Of a DNA stretch of 64,000 bases, positions 42,521-54,935 are shown one piece after another; positions within the stretch are counted from its first letter, which is position 1, and each line of letters opens with the position of its first letter. The position numbers were made by a program, and so were the translations under genes. A model generated the notes under the pieces. It was given only the letters and a program-made list of their open reading frames with translations. It searched no databases and was not told the DNA's origin. Source of the stretch: Nemertoderma westbladi (Eukaryota; Animalia; Xenacoelomorpha); assembly GCA_032718475.1 (NCBI GenBank), contig JAUCBJ010004986.1, positions 9,231-73,230 of the forward strand. The letters run 5' to 3'.

Positions 42521-42755
42521 GTAACTATTGGTAACCGAGTATACTCCATCGGATCTCTCATCCACTACTGGGACACTGCAGACGAGACGTGGATGCTAAC
42601 CGTTGGGGTCCTGTCTGCTTTCGCAATCATCGTCAGTTTCATTGCCGGGGTCGTTTTCTGTAAGAAAACCAAATGGAGAAGACGAAGAAGGACCCGAACA
42701 ATATCATCAGCAACCAGTGGAAGTTTCCGATCTCAGAAGTCTGGTCACACAAACA
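42521..42755 (+). CDS. Exon encoding end of IPT domain, transmembrane helix and basic stop-transfer segment of the same receptor
   Basis: Acceptor TGTTACTAAG, first donor ACA|GTGAGT (phase 1); VTIGNRVYSIGSLIHYWDTADETWMLTVGVLSAFAIIVSFIAGVVFCKKTKWRRRRRTRTISSATSGSFRSQKSGHTN, in frame with the previous exon. Confidence 0.8.
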
Positions 42756-44960
42756 GTGAGTTACTATTAGTTGTCTATAAGTCTGGTCACACAAACAGTG
42801 AGTTACTATTAGTTGTCTATAAGTATGGTCACAGAAACAGTGAGTTACTATTAGTTGTCTATAAGTCTGGTCACACAAACAGTGAGTTACTATTAGTTGT
42901 CTATAAGTCTGGTCACACAAACAGTGAGTTACTATTAGTTGTCTATAAGTCTGGTCACACAAACAGTGAGTTACTATTAGTTGTCTATAAGTCTGGTCAC
43001 ACAAACAGTGAGTTACTATTAGTTGTCTATAAGTCTGGTCACACAAACAGTGAGTTACTATTAGTTGTCTATAAGTATGGTCACACAAACAGTGAGTTAC
43101 TATTAGTTGTCTATAAGTCTGGTCACACAAACAGTGAGTTACTATTAGTTGTCTATAAGTCTGGTCACACAAACAGTGAGTTACTATTAGTTGTCTATAA
43201 GTCTGGTCACACAAACAGTGAGTTACTATTAGTTGTCTATATGTCTGGTCACACAAACAGTGAGTTACTATTAGTTGTCTCTAAGTCTGGTCACACAAAC
43301 AGTGAGTTACTATTAGTTGTCTATAAGTCTGGTCACACAAACAGTGAGTTACTATTAGTTGTCTATAAGTCTGGTCACACAAACAGTGAGTTACTATTAG
43401 TTGTCTATAAGTCTGGTCACACAAACAGTGAGTTACTATTAGTTGTCTATATGTCTGGTCACGCAAACAGTGAGTTACTATTAGTTGTCTATAAGTCTGG
43501 TCACACAAACAGTGAGTTACTATTAGTTGTCTATAAGTCTGGTCACACAAACAGTGAGTTTCTATTAGTTGTCTATAAGTCTGGTCACACAAACAGTGAG
43601 TTACTATTAGTTGTCTATAAGTCTGGTCACACAAACAGTGAGTTACTATTAGTTGTCTATAAGTCTGGTCACACAAACAGTGAGTTACTATTAGTTGTCT
43701 ATAAGTCTGGTCACACAAACAGTGAGTTACTATTAGTTGTCTATAAGTCTGGTCACACAAACAGTGAGTTACTATTAGTTGTCTATAAGTCTGGTCACAC
43801 AAACAGTGAGTTAGTATTAGTTGTCTATAAGTCTGGTCACACAAACAGTGAGTTACTATTAGTTGTCTATAAGTCTGGTCACACAAACAGTGAGTTACTA
43901 TTAGTTGTCTATAAGTCTGGTCACACAAACAGTGAGTTACTATTAGTTGTCTATAAGTATGGTCACACAAACAGTGAGTTACTATTAGTTGTCTATAAGT
44001 CTGGTCACACAAACAGTGAGTTACTATTAGTTGTCTATAAGTCTGGTCACACAAACAGTGAGTTACTATTAGTTGTCTATAAGTCTGGTCACACAAACAG
44101 TGAGTTACTATTAGTTGTCTATAAGTCTGGTCACACAAACAGTGAGTTACTATTAGTTGTCTATAAGTCTGGTCACACAAACACTGAGTTACTATTAGTT
44201 GTCTATAAGTCTGGTCACACAAACAGTGAGTTACTATTAGTTGTCTATAAGTCTGGTCACACAAACAGTGAGTTACTATTAGTTGTCTATAAGTCTGGTC
44301 ACACAAACAGTGAGTTACTATTAGTTGTCTATAAGTCTGGTCACACAAACAGTGAGTTACTATTAGTTGTCTATAAGTCTGGTCACACAAACAGTGAGTT
44401 ACTATTAGTTGTCTATAAGTCTGGTCACACAAACAGTGAGTTACTATTAGTTGTCTATAAGTCTGGTCACACAAACAGTGAGTTACTATTAGTTGTCTAT
44501 AAGTCTGGTCACACAAACAGTGAGTTACTATTAGTTGTCTATAAGTCTGGTCACACAAACAGTGAGTTACTATTAGTTGTCTATAAGTCTGGTCACACAA
44601 ACAGTGAGTTACTATTAGTTGTCTATAAGTCTGGTCACACAAACAGTGAGTTACTATTAGTTGTCTATAAGTCTGGTCACACAAACAGTGAGTTACTATT
44701 AGTTGTCTATAAGTCTGGTCACACAAACAGTGAGTTACTATTAGTTGTCTATAAGTCTGGTCACACAAACAGTGAGTTACTATTAGTTGTCTATAAGTAT
44801 GGTCACACAAACAGTGAGTTAGTATTAGTTGTCTATAAGTCTGGTCACACAAACAGTGAGTTAGTATTAGTTGTCTATAAGTCTGGTCACACAAACAGTG
44901 AGTTACTATTAGTTGTCTATATGTCTGGTCACACAAACAGTGAGTTACTATTAGTTGTCT
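42737..44960 (+). repeat. 42-bp tandem array (53 units) spanning the exon end and 5' splice site
   Basis: Unit AAGTCTGGTCACACAAACA|GTGAGTTACTATTAGTTGTCTAT; near-identical copies; stop-free in the exon frame (KSGHTNSELLLVVY). Confidence 0.97.
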
Positions 44961-45297
44961 AACATCCGATCCTATAAATTTGGTCATATATAGTTAAGAT
45001 ATTAATCATGGCTCATGACTTTAAATATATATCATATTTAAAAACCCCATAAGAACACAATTTAACAACAATTCTTAATCTTAATTACATAATAGTGTAA
45101 AATTTATATAGAAAGTGATCTATTTTATACGGCTAAGTGGCAGAGTATATATAGACATCCACAGATCCTTAGTCTTTATAAGGAATAAATACCGTAACGC
45201 ATCGAAAGGTATTTAATGGGATAAATTAATTTATTATTAATCTACATAACTGTCAATATTAATATTATTAATCTAAGTTAGATAAAGTAACTAGTTC

Positions 45298-46923
45298 TCA
45301 GGATAGTTCCTGTATGGGGGTGTTCTCCAACCAAAGTCTGTGTAGGAACTCGTACAGAGCAGATGTAACTGAGACCTTGTAGGGTGTCGGGTTCAACGAC
45401 CTCTTGTGGTCGTCCCGTAGAACAGACAAGGACTCTGCGGCCTTCCTGCGGACTTCCACCAATGTGGGGAACTTGTAGGCGGAAGTCCCGCGGTCCCAGA
45501 CCAACTTGTGTAGCCGTTCCACCCGCGATGGGACGACAAACACCCGACACGCCTCTTGCAGTGGATGTCTGCACAGTACCTTGGTCCCAGCTAGGGGCGC
45601 CTCCTCATCGCACTGCGCTAGGAGGTCTAACAACGCGTCCCCTTGACTACCAAATAGTCGGTAGACCACCTTCCGTCCGGGGAACGTCAACTTCTCCAAG
45701 TCCTGGGAGAGTTTAATGCGCGGTTGTCCGTCCGTCTCGACCAGCTTGTAAACGCATCCCAGCGCCGGTTGACGCTGACAGGTTACAAGATGCGTCCCGA
45801 TTCCGAAACTGTCGATACAGTGGCCCTGCTGCTTGAGAGAGACCAAGGTGTCCTCGTTGATGTCGTTGGAGGCAACAATGTTCAGCTGGGCGAACCACGG
45901 CAGTTCAAAACGCGAGGCGATCACACGGAAACACTCCCGAGTGCGTTTAGATAGATAGGAGAGGTCGCCGGAATCCAGTCGGATTCCTTGAGCTCGGAAT
46001 CCGAAGCTGTTCAACGCGACGGCCACGCAGCAGAAGTTGGGGACACCGGAGTTGATGACGTCATACGTGTCTACTAGAGCGAGGAATGTCTCCGGGAAGG
46101 AGACCGCGTAGGCGATGAATGCGGCGAGCTCACCGGGGTTGGTGTCGGCAACGCAGCTGAGAGCGGCGCGGACCGACGGCAGAGAGGCGTGGACCGCGGA
46201 GAGGAGGCGGTCGAGGTCCGGCAAGTTGGGACCCCGCGGGACCCGGTCGAGGTCAGCCAACGACGAGAAGGAGCTGACGAACGAGTGAGCGTGGGTGCCC
46301 GCAACCGGGATCCCGAATAACTTGCCGGCGAGGACGTTGCTTGTCGAATCGAACCCCCCGAGGTAGCAGTAGCGGGACGCGGACAGCCCGCCGTCAGGGC
46401 CCTGCGCCCGACGCAATCCGAACTCCAGCAGTCGCTTATTGGGTCCCGCAGCCATCCGGAACCGCGCCGCATTAGTCGCCACTAGACTCGCATAGTTTAT
46501 CAACGTTAACAAAGTCGTCTCCATGAGTTGCACCACCGCTAATGGCCCTTCCACCCGGAGTACCGGTACTTTAGGAAACATTACGTTCCCTTCTTCCAAA
46601 GCGAAGATAGAAACCTCGTTACTTGTAAGTTTCGCCAAATAATCGAAAAATCCAGGTTTCGCGTTCTTCATTACACTCCGTAAATAATCGAGGTCAGATG
46701 ACGTGAATTTAAATTCCTGGACGTATTTTATTGCTTCTTCCAGCCCTCCGAATATTGTGAATTCGCCTCCGAAAGGATTTTTACGGAAGAACAACTCGAA
46801 GGTTGAAATTTGTTGCGCACGGCCTGTGTTCCAATACGCGTAAGCCATTGTTATTTGATACAAATCTGTTAACAGCGGTTGTACAATGGAGTTCTCCGGG
46901 TGGCTAGATCTATTTTCCGCCAT
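45298..46923 (-). CDS. NAPRT: Nicotinate phosphoribosyltransferase, intronless CDS
   Basis: 541 aa with [78 protein letters not shown], eukaryote-type C-terminus [10 protein letters not shown]. Confidence 0.96.
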   Translation of the reverse strand: MAENRSSHPENSIVQPLLTDLYQITMAYAYWNTGRAQQISTFELFFRKNPFGGEFTIFGGLEEAIKYVQEFKFTSSDLDYLRSVMKNAKPGFFDYLAKLTSNEVSIFALEEGNVMFPKVPVLRVEGPLAVVQLMETTLLTLINYASLVATNAARFRMAAGPNKRLLEFGLRRAQGPDGGLSASRYCYLGGFDSTSNVLAGKLFGIPVAGTHAHSFVSSFSSLADLDRVPRGPNLPDLDRLLSAVHASLPSVRAALSCVADTNPGELAAFIAYAVSFPETFLALVDTYDVINSGVPNFCCVAVALNSFGFRAQGIRLDSGDLSYLSKRTRECFRVIASRFELPWFAQLNIVASNDINEDTLVSLKQQGHCIDSFGIGTHLVTCQRQPALGCVYKLVETDGQPRIKLSQDLEKLTFPGRKVVYRLFGSQGDALLDLLAQCDEEAPLAGTKVLCRHPLQEACRVFVVPSRVERLHKLVWDRGTSAYKFPTLVEVRRKAAESLSVLRDDHKRSLNPTPYKVSVTSALYEFLHRLWLENTPIQELS

Positions 46924-47473
46924 GGTCTGATGGTTGGTTCCCTTTTACAGTTTTATTCCAGTACCGGTAGCCCTACAGTTACTAACTGTACTATTTCAGT
47001 ATTTCCAGATTACAGAACTGCAGAATTACTTTGTACTTCCTGATTTAGTCTGATAGTTTCAGAGTTTATGCTACAGCAGTACAGGCAGTGGCAGACAGGT
47101 ATTATTCAGTTATTACCACCTTGACACAGACTCCCAAACGTTGTCTACCATCTTGTAGTCTTGATTACATTACAATATTAAGGCTGAATTAAGAAATAGG
47201 GTACGTTTATTTCGCGCCATGTCGATATGCACGCATACAAGTAAATTATTACAGTATTAGTGTTAATAGATTGAAGTAAACGCTTGAAGAACCATTAATA
47301 TTAACTGATAATTAATTAAATTATTTAATTACCGGTAATTGTCAAGCAAGTTTAAGTAAAAATCCTTACCGGTAGGTATCCAAGGACCAAAGTACAGAAG
47401 TATGTAAAAAAAAAGCTAGACCTAGACAGTTGCATGCAATCAATGCAGCAGTGATCAGCTGACGGCTGTCGCA

Positions 47474-48464
47474 TAGTCGAGTCAATCTAGCAAAAAACCC
47501 ATAAGTATTTCGCAATCAATCCGAACCACACATTTTGGATTCTATATTACCTTATTAATGACCAAAAAAAGGTCTATAAAATTTTATTTTGCGGATCATA
47601 TGTTTATTCATGGAAATTCTGCGTAAATTTGCATAACACAAGCCAAACAAAAGGAACAGTATGGAAAAGTAAGTAGCAAATTGATGATGTTCCAGAATAA
47701 TTTAATTAATTTCACAATAAGCTGTGATTCAATGGGAAATTAGTAATATTTACACGGCGTGTTACACATTAATTGCTATATCTCGGAGACTACAAGTCGC
47801 ATCAAATTTTTAAATATATCAAAAACTTCGCGATATATTAAGGTAACCGTTGTAAAAAAATTATACAATTCCACTACAAGGAAATTTCATAATTTCCATT
47901 AATGTTAGTGAAGATTTTTCACATAATAAAATTGTGATTGCTTGATTTTAGGTGTAATTTATTTATTTGTTTTAGTTTGAAAACCACAATAGTTTATCAT
48001 ATAACGAATACATTTTTTGGGGATACAGGTTTTTGAGGTCGATAAATCCGATGGGCGAGGTTACATCCACCCGTTTAGTAGAGAAGTTGTGTAAATAAGG
48101 TCCTTATATTGTACCCGCAAAATTGGTATTAAAAATTTATAAATTATTAGACAAATTTCCGTTGCGCTGGTAACTAAATTGGTAACTATCTAGAACTGCA
48201 TACTTCTGTCAAGCGATAGTCATTAGAGTAAAGTTTGTCTGTACTAAATTTGGAGAAAATCCCACCAATAGACCCCTTGTTGCTATGTAAAATCCATGTT
48301 GCTAAGGAAAGAAACAGGAAATTGAAGGTGATCCGCATAATATATTTTTTATAGACTTTTTTGGGGGTATTAACAAGGTAATGTAGAATAAAAAAAAATT
48401 GGTTTGGATGAATTGCGAATTTGTTATGGGTTGACCCCCTTTTTCGGCTAGATTGACTCGCCTA
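47474..48464. mobile_element. Non-autonomous TIR DNA transposon, Academ-like (991 bp)
   Basis: TAGTCGAGTCAATCTAGC ... GCTAGATTGACTCGCCTA with imperfect inverted similarity extending ~80 bp; 3-bp GCA direct repeat on both sides; TAG termini and a 3-bp TSD fit Academ. Confidence 0.75.
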
Positions 48465-48933
48465 GCAGCTGACCGGTAGGTTTCGCATCAGGAAGGAAGG
48501 CAATCTCAGTACAGCAGTAGGCCATGACATTTATAAGTCCCAAGGGGGGAAGGGGAGAAGGAACGGAAACACAGAGATACCAGTAACTATCGACTGGGAA
48601 GCAGCACCACAAACTTGCGCCAATCACGTTTTTGCGTGTTGATAATGGGCCGGCGAGTGCGAATATAATACATTTCAAAGTTTTGCAGACAGGCAACAGT
48701 GGGTGCCGTGCAATTACTTTGAAATGTTTAAATAGCTCGCGCGCCAGTCAGCCAGCCGACTTACCGAGAGCGTGACAATGTCCGACTCAACGATAAAGAT
48801 GTAATGTACAGAACAATTTATTATAAAACGTAATTACAGTATAAATAGTAAATAATTAATAAACTAATAACTTACTGTAGGACTATTGTACAAATTTTTA
48901 CATTGCACACGGAGGTGAGATTTAACTGCAGAT

Positions 48934-51900
48934 TTAAAAGAATGTTGATTTATCTAGGTTTTTAATTTCATTAGGCAGAGCGTTCCAATTTTTAATGCCG
49001 TTAAAAAAGAAAGTATCAGATTCAAAGGATTTACAATTCGGGAGGTAGAAGTATGAAGCACTAGCTCTGGTACTGTAAGAGTGTGTATCGCGTACTCTGT
49101 TGAAATTTTGTTTTAGGTAATTGGGACATTTACCATTATACACTTTATGTACATGGTTAAGGCGTAGCTGCTTAACTCTACTATCTAAGTTTAGTCCAGA
49201 TTCAGAAAAGTCATCTGGAGTTAGGTGGTGCCTAGGTTTGTAGTCTTTAATAAATCGTACTACTTTATTCTGAGCTACTTGTAATTTACATTTAAGCTGA
49301 TTGGTTAAGCCTTCATACCAAGAAGAGCATGCATTGTCCATGTGACACTGTATTAAAGAAGAGCAAAGTAACTTACGGGAGTCGGTGTTTAAACTATTTT
49401 TATTTCTGTATAGAAACCTAAGCCTACTGTTAACTTTCGAGAAAATATTTTTCACTGTACTTTCTCTTGATAAGCAGTTATCCAATGTGGCGCCTAAATA
49501 TTTAAGTTGTATATATTATATATAATATTTATTTTGTAGGTCCAACATTACCATACCAGTATATAAACCCCTTGCGTTATTACATCTTCGAATACGTAAG
49601 GGAAAGGCATGGGCAGCCTTGAATAGGCTTTCCAGGATTTGGAAGTCACCTAGAATTAATCGGAAACTTAAGGTCCGATTATTTAGAGCAGCAGTAGTTC
49701 CAGTACTCCTCTACGGGAGTCCATGCTGGGCTCTAACTGCTGAGGACACCAAATCTCTGGATGGCACATTCACAAGAATGCTACGCCGGGTACATTGTGT
49801 CAAGTACAATGCACACATCTCCAACCAGACACTATATAACATTGGAGGTGTCTCATTGGTTCCCCCAAGCTTGACACTAGAACAAAATCGCCTCCGCTTT
49901 GCAGGACATTGCTTTCGCCGTGAGGACCAGCCAGTGCATAATCTTGTACTTTGGCAGCCTCATGGAGTGAATAAGCATGGTGGACAGCCCATGACTTTCT
50001 TGAGACGCATCTTAAAGGACACTGGCCTTAAAGATGCGGATGATCTAGCAAATGTCATGGGTGATAGGGAGTTGTGGCGGTGCAATTTTGTTGACAAGCC
50101 GGCACAGCATTCTTAAAAATGCAGCTGCAATGCAGCATGCCGATCCTAGTAGTAGTTATTACATCTAATTGTATCAGTTAAGTTAATAAGACAGGTGTCT
50201 GTAGAATATGATTTACGAAAGCCGGACTGAAGTTCATAGATCAGATTTAGCCTACTAAGATGTGCTTCCAGCTGTAGAAAAACAGAACGTTCTAGAATTT
50301 TAGATACAATACTTAAGATACTAACAGGTCTGTAATTACAGGGTTCTACTTTACTATTCTTTTTATACAGAGGAACAACCTTAGCTAATTTCAGTTCGTC
50401 TGGTACTACATTATCTACGATAGAGTAATTAATAATAAAAGTAATAGGCACTTTAAGTACTTCAGCACCATCCTTAAGAAAACGGGCAGGTATTAGGTCT
50501 AGACCGGTACTTTTTGAGGCTGATAGGCTAAGTAGATTTTGAAAAACGAAATCCTCAGAAACGGGTTTTAAAAATAACTTTTCTGAATTTTGTAACTTTT
50601 CTAAATAAAAATTATTTAGAGTTTCGGACCCTATACTATATTTATTACTTGATAACGGTAACTTCTTAACTAAATTAGAGGCAACATTAGTAAAATAATT
50701 ATTAAATAAATTACTAACTAGAGTATGATCATGAATCAGCTCACCGTTATCTTGCAGAACAATATTCGATTTAGATTTAAGGTTTTTATAACCTAAAGAT
50801 TTTAGGGTAGACCATAGACTTTTAGGATTATCTTTATTCTCACTTATTTTGTTGTACAAATATTCAGATTTCGCTTTTTTTATTTCCCGTTGGACAAGGT
50901 TTCTATATTTGCAGTAATCATTATAATCAGCTAAAACACGGTATTTCCTAAATTTATACAAATAGTTATCTCTTTCTCTGATATTACTAAGAATACCCCA
51001 GGTCATCCAGGGCTCAGTGCGTTGTTTAAGTCTAATTTCTTTAATTGGTGCTACAGTATTAAGTGCCTTTAGAAATATATCTTTAAAAACAGTGTACGCA
51101 AGGTTAATGTCAGCGGCCTTAAAACATGGTTCCCAGTCAGAATTAACTAACAAACTTAAAAAGCGTTCCTTGCTGTAATTTTTCATAGACCTAACTGTTA
51201 CTGTTTTATTATCCCCGAAAAAAGATTTTTGTGTCTTTCTTGTGCAAAAAACTATAAAATGATCGCTTAGACCTATAGGTAAAACCCCAGATTGAGAAAT
51301 AATATCGGTATTATTACAAAGGATGGGATCTAGTAAAGTAGAAGTTTTACTGGTAATTCTGGTAGAATCTCGAATAATTTGTTTTAAACCAAACAAATTT
51401 AAAATACTTTGGTACTGTTTACAGATGGGGGATGCTTTGTGATGGTAACAGATATTAAAATCACCTAAGAAATATATTTCACAGTCTGACCTAAGATTAC
51501 ATAAAATTGTATTTTCAAAGTTTTGCAAAAAGTCTGATTGTTTAGGGGGCCGATATAAAGTACCGATTAAAATAGGTTTCGTTTTAGGAAGTAAAAGTTC
51601 CACCAGTAAAACTTCGTCACAAGTCTCTAAATCTTCCCTACGATTAAAAGCTAAATCACATCGAATGTAAGTACAGACACCACCACCATGTCTGTCCCTA
51701 TCCTTACGTAAAACTACATAATTATCAATATAAATTTCTCATCAGAAACACTATCATCCAGCCAAGTTTCAGAGATTGTTAAAACTGCTGGGTTGGATTT
51801 ATTGATTAAAATACGAATTTCGGAAAGTTTGGGAAGCAGAGATCGTGAATTTAAATGCAAAAATGCAGACCTTTTTTCTTAAAAAATTTAAAAGTATCAC

Positions 51901-52250
51901 TCTCAGCATCACTTGGAGTTTGCAGAGGCGATGTGAGGAATGAATCGTCGGTTTCTGATTCTAAAATAGTATCATGAAAGGGAAGTTCAGTAAAAATACA
52001 GCTATTGCAGAGAAAACTTGGCTCAAGATTGTTTCTGGTGGAGAATAAATTACTGCTTTTCCTACGGTAACATTTTAAATGTACAAATGTGTCACAACTC
52101 TCGCATTGGACGATCTTACTCCGAGAGTTTGTTCCTCGTTGACAGACGGGACAGTTGATTTTTGGGGCCCGCGTTCTGCTGGGTCCTGGGTTGGTCTCAA
52201 TATCCCCAGCCAGAGACAGACATCTGAGGTTATAAATTACCATATTAGAA
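48934..52250 (-). mobile_element. Decayed CR1/L2-group (Crack/Daphne-like) LINE ORF2: 2A-like motif, PHD finger, AP endonuclease, RT
   Basis: GDIETNPGP, CPVC..CESC..H.KC..CNSC, HLNSRSL, ISETWL, YRPP, LGDFN, SDH, NYRPVSIL, QSGFRKSYST, LDLQ, KYLG; frameshifts near 51850 and 51735, RT core deleted near 49505-49532, RTE insertion. Confidence 0.9.
49588..50154 (+). mobile_element. 5'-truncated RTE-clade LINE copy inserted in the CR1/L2-group LINE
   Basis: LSRIWKS..KLKVRLFRAAVVPVLLYGS..W, RLRFAGHCFR; (TAG)n tail; 12-bp TSD GTTATTACATCT (49576-49587 and 50155-50166). Confidence 0.92.
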
Positions 52251-54600
52251 ATTCATCGCCGGTTTATGGTGCATTGCTGGTGGATTTTACTAAAGCTTTT
52301 GATATGATTCATTGATTGAGTGGCCGAAATTATTTTTAAAGTTAATGAAGAAAGGTTGTTCGGTTTTATTTTAAGGTGTTTATTATTGTTCATATGTAGA
52401 AACCTAACATGTGTAGAGAAATGGTTAAACAGTATGTACATAAGTCATTTATATTTTCTGTATCTAATGGGGTGCGTCAAGGTTGTGTCTTTGCCAATTT
52501 TATTTTCTGTAATTTTGAATATTTTAATTAAAACCCTCCGGAATTCTAGGGTACGATGTTTTATTGAAGGACAATATTTTGGTGTAGTAGCGTATGTTGA
52601 TGATGTATTACTGTTATGTCCATGGCCGTGGTAGGATTACAAATAATTTAGTGAGTTTGTCTTCAGTTTTTTGCCGAACCTGCTACACCTTTGAGTACAA
52701 ATATTGTTGCAAATGCAAGTGTATCCCGTTTGGTCACAAATGGGACCCACCGGTGGTTAAAACCTGTATTGGCAAAATATCTCTACTGTGGGTTACAGAA
52801 GCTTCTCATTTAGGAATATAGCGTGATTATACAGTAAATGCAGTTTGGCTGGCGATATTTTATTTAAATTTATTAGGAAATTGAATACTATTTTTTTACA
52901 ATACACCCCAGTCGTGGTAAACAGAACGGTGTATATTAAAATTGATCTTTATTAATAAACCATAAATATAAAACGAATATGTACATATGTATGTCTATAT
53001 TATTATGAGAGTTATAAAGGTTGTAGACTTAAGTGGATGCGAATGCGAGAACAGACAGAGCCTGTCTGAGGGCGGATGAAAAGGCATCGGATTGAGGCAG
53101 ATTTTAAAGTGAAACCCGTGAGAGGGGCATCGAGTAATAACATGTCTGATCGGTTGAGTGGGGCGTTTCCAGTTATCTGATGAGAATGCAGGTCCGTTTA
53201 GGTTAGGTTCATTAAATAGTATTATGCAGGAGTTTTACTTCGCACACCCTAGTAATATTATGCTTATACAAAAATTGTATGCCGTTTGTCTTTTTAATTG
53301 TCTTTTTATGGTTGTTGTACTTGGAATCTATGGTGAGACAAATGTCATAGACTTTTGACGAGTTGGAATATAAATGTTAGGATTGTCAGTCATCTACCCT
53401 TTAAAGGACATGCGTAGAACATAGTCAACAACAATTATGAACAAGAATGGTGCAAGTGTGTCTCCTGGGGGGCTTCCTCCAGGGAGACACACGTGCACCA
53501 TTCTTATTCATAATTGTTGTTGACTATGTTCTACGCATGTCCTTAGATCATCATAATGATGATGGGGTGATGATAACTCCACCTACTGGCTCCAGAAGTC
53601 GAGGAAATCCTGCCAAGTACCTAACTGATCTAGACTTTGGTGATGACTTAGGAGTACTCTCAGAATCACTAGAGGGAGCCCAACAGCTCCTCAGCTCATT
53701 AGAGCTCGAGAGAGCTGCTTCTAGTGTTGGTCTTTTTATTAACTCCAGAAAGACCACAATTTTGACAGTTAACTTTGAAAGTCCTCAGCAAGTCTCTGAT
53801 CGGATGAGCATAAGCTCAAAAGATGGTATGCTTGAGCATGTGGATGACTTCTGTTACCTGGGATCATGGATCCGGAAGTCAGGTGAGGACCTTCGACTAC
53901 GTAAGGGAAAGGCATGGGCAGCCTTGAATAGGCTTTCCAGGATTTGGAAGTCAACGAGAATTAATCGGAAACTTAAGGTCCGATTATTTAGAGCAGCAGT
54001 AGTTCCAGTACTCCTCTATGGGAGTCCATGCTGGGCTCTAACTGCTGAGGACACCAAATCTCTGGATGGCACATTCACAAGAATGCTACGCCGTGTTCAT
54101 TGTGTCAAGTAAAATGCACACATCTCCAACCAGACAATATATAATATTGGAGGTGTCGTGTCTCATTGGTTCCCCCAGGCTTGACACTAGAACAAAATCG
54201 CCTCCGCTTTGCAGGACATTGCTTTCGCCGTGAGGACCAGCCAGTGCATAATCGTGTACTTTGGCAGCCTCATGGAGTGAATAAGCATGGTGGACAGCCC
54301 ATGACTTTCTTGAGACGCATCTTAAAGGACACTGGCCTTGAAGATGCGGATGATCTAGCAAATGTCATGGGTGATAGGGAGTTGTGGCGGTGCAATTTTG
54401 TCGATAAGCCGGCACAGCATTCTTAAAAATACAGCTGCAATGCAGCATGCCGATCCTAGTAGTAGTAGTACATGTAGTACCTTTAAATGCTCATCGTTTT
54501 TTTGTTAATGAAATTGTTTAATTAATTAAATCCTTGGATTATACTTTGTAAAAATTTTGTTTCCTTTTGTAATTGTGTTAGAAATTTAGATAGGCTGTGT
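52250..54600 (+). pseudogene. Heavily decayed LINE reverse transcriptase (RTEX/Proto2-like), interrupted by later insertions
   Basis: Fragments across frames: LVDFTKAFD, SNGVRQG, SLPILF, YFGVVAYVDDVLLLCP, SHLG, LNSIMQEFYFAHP, WNINVRIVSHLP..NAHRFF. Clade and boundaries are approximate. Confidence 0.65.
53404..54478 (+). mobile_element. 5'-truncated RTE-clade LINE with inverted duplication at its 5' end
   Basis: LQGDTRAPFLFIIVVDY, TDLDFGDD, DFCYLGS; premature stop at 54110-54112; (TAG)n tail; near-identical to 49588-50154; CCTTTAAA on both flanks. Confidence 0.92.
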
Positions 54601-54628
54601 GTTAAATTCCTTATCTATTCAGTTCTGA

Positions 54629-54908
54629 CTGTGGAAGCCGGTAAGTGTACCGGTAATAATCTTCTGTGGAAGCCGGTAAGTGTACCGGTAATAATCTTCT
54701 GTGGAATCCGGTAAGTGTACCGGTAATAATCTTCTGTGGAAGCCGGTAAGTGTACCGGTAATAATCTTCTGTGGAAGCCGGTAAGTGTACCGGTAATAAT
54801 CTTCTGTGGAAGCCGGTAAGTGTACCGGTAATAATCTTCTGTGGAAGCCGGTAAGTGTACCGGTAATAATCTTCTGTGGAAGCCGGTAAGTCTACCGGTA
54901 ATAATCTT
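54629..54908. repeat. 35-bp minisatellite, 8 copies
   Basis: Unit CTGTGGAAGCCGGTAAGTGTACCGGTAATAATCTT. Confidence 0.95.
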
Positions 54909-54935
54909 AGGCGTATAGCTAATGATTGTGGTTTA

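Noticed and set aside
42593-44962. 789-aa ORF as a stand-alone single-exon gene
   Set aside because: Its ATG is internal to an exon that starts at 42521, and the repeat portion lies beyond a consensus donor.
42639-44987. Minus-strand Cys/His-rich ORFs (THCLCDQTYRQLIV)n as metal-binding proteins
   Set aside because: Antisense read-through of a 42-bp stop-free unit; the plus strand carries the real exon and splice signals.
45278-46472. Short ORFs overlapping NAPRT (and the equivalents antisense to HP1 and Ras)
   Set aside because: Alternative-frame or antisense shadows of real CDSs with no recognisable motifs.
45298-46923. Bacterial horizontal transfer of intronless NAPRT (pncB)
   Set aside because: Motifs such as RRAQGPDGG and the C-terminal [10 protein letters not shown] are of the eukaryotic type; a phylogeny would be needed to argue otherwise.
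53170-53215. CTGATGAG as a second hammerhead ribozyme
   Set aside because: No stem II or GAAA follows at a suitable distance.
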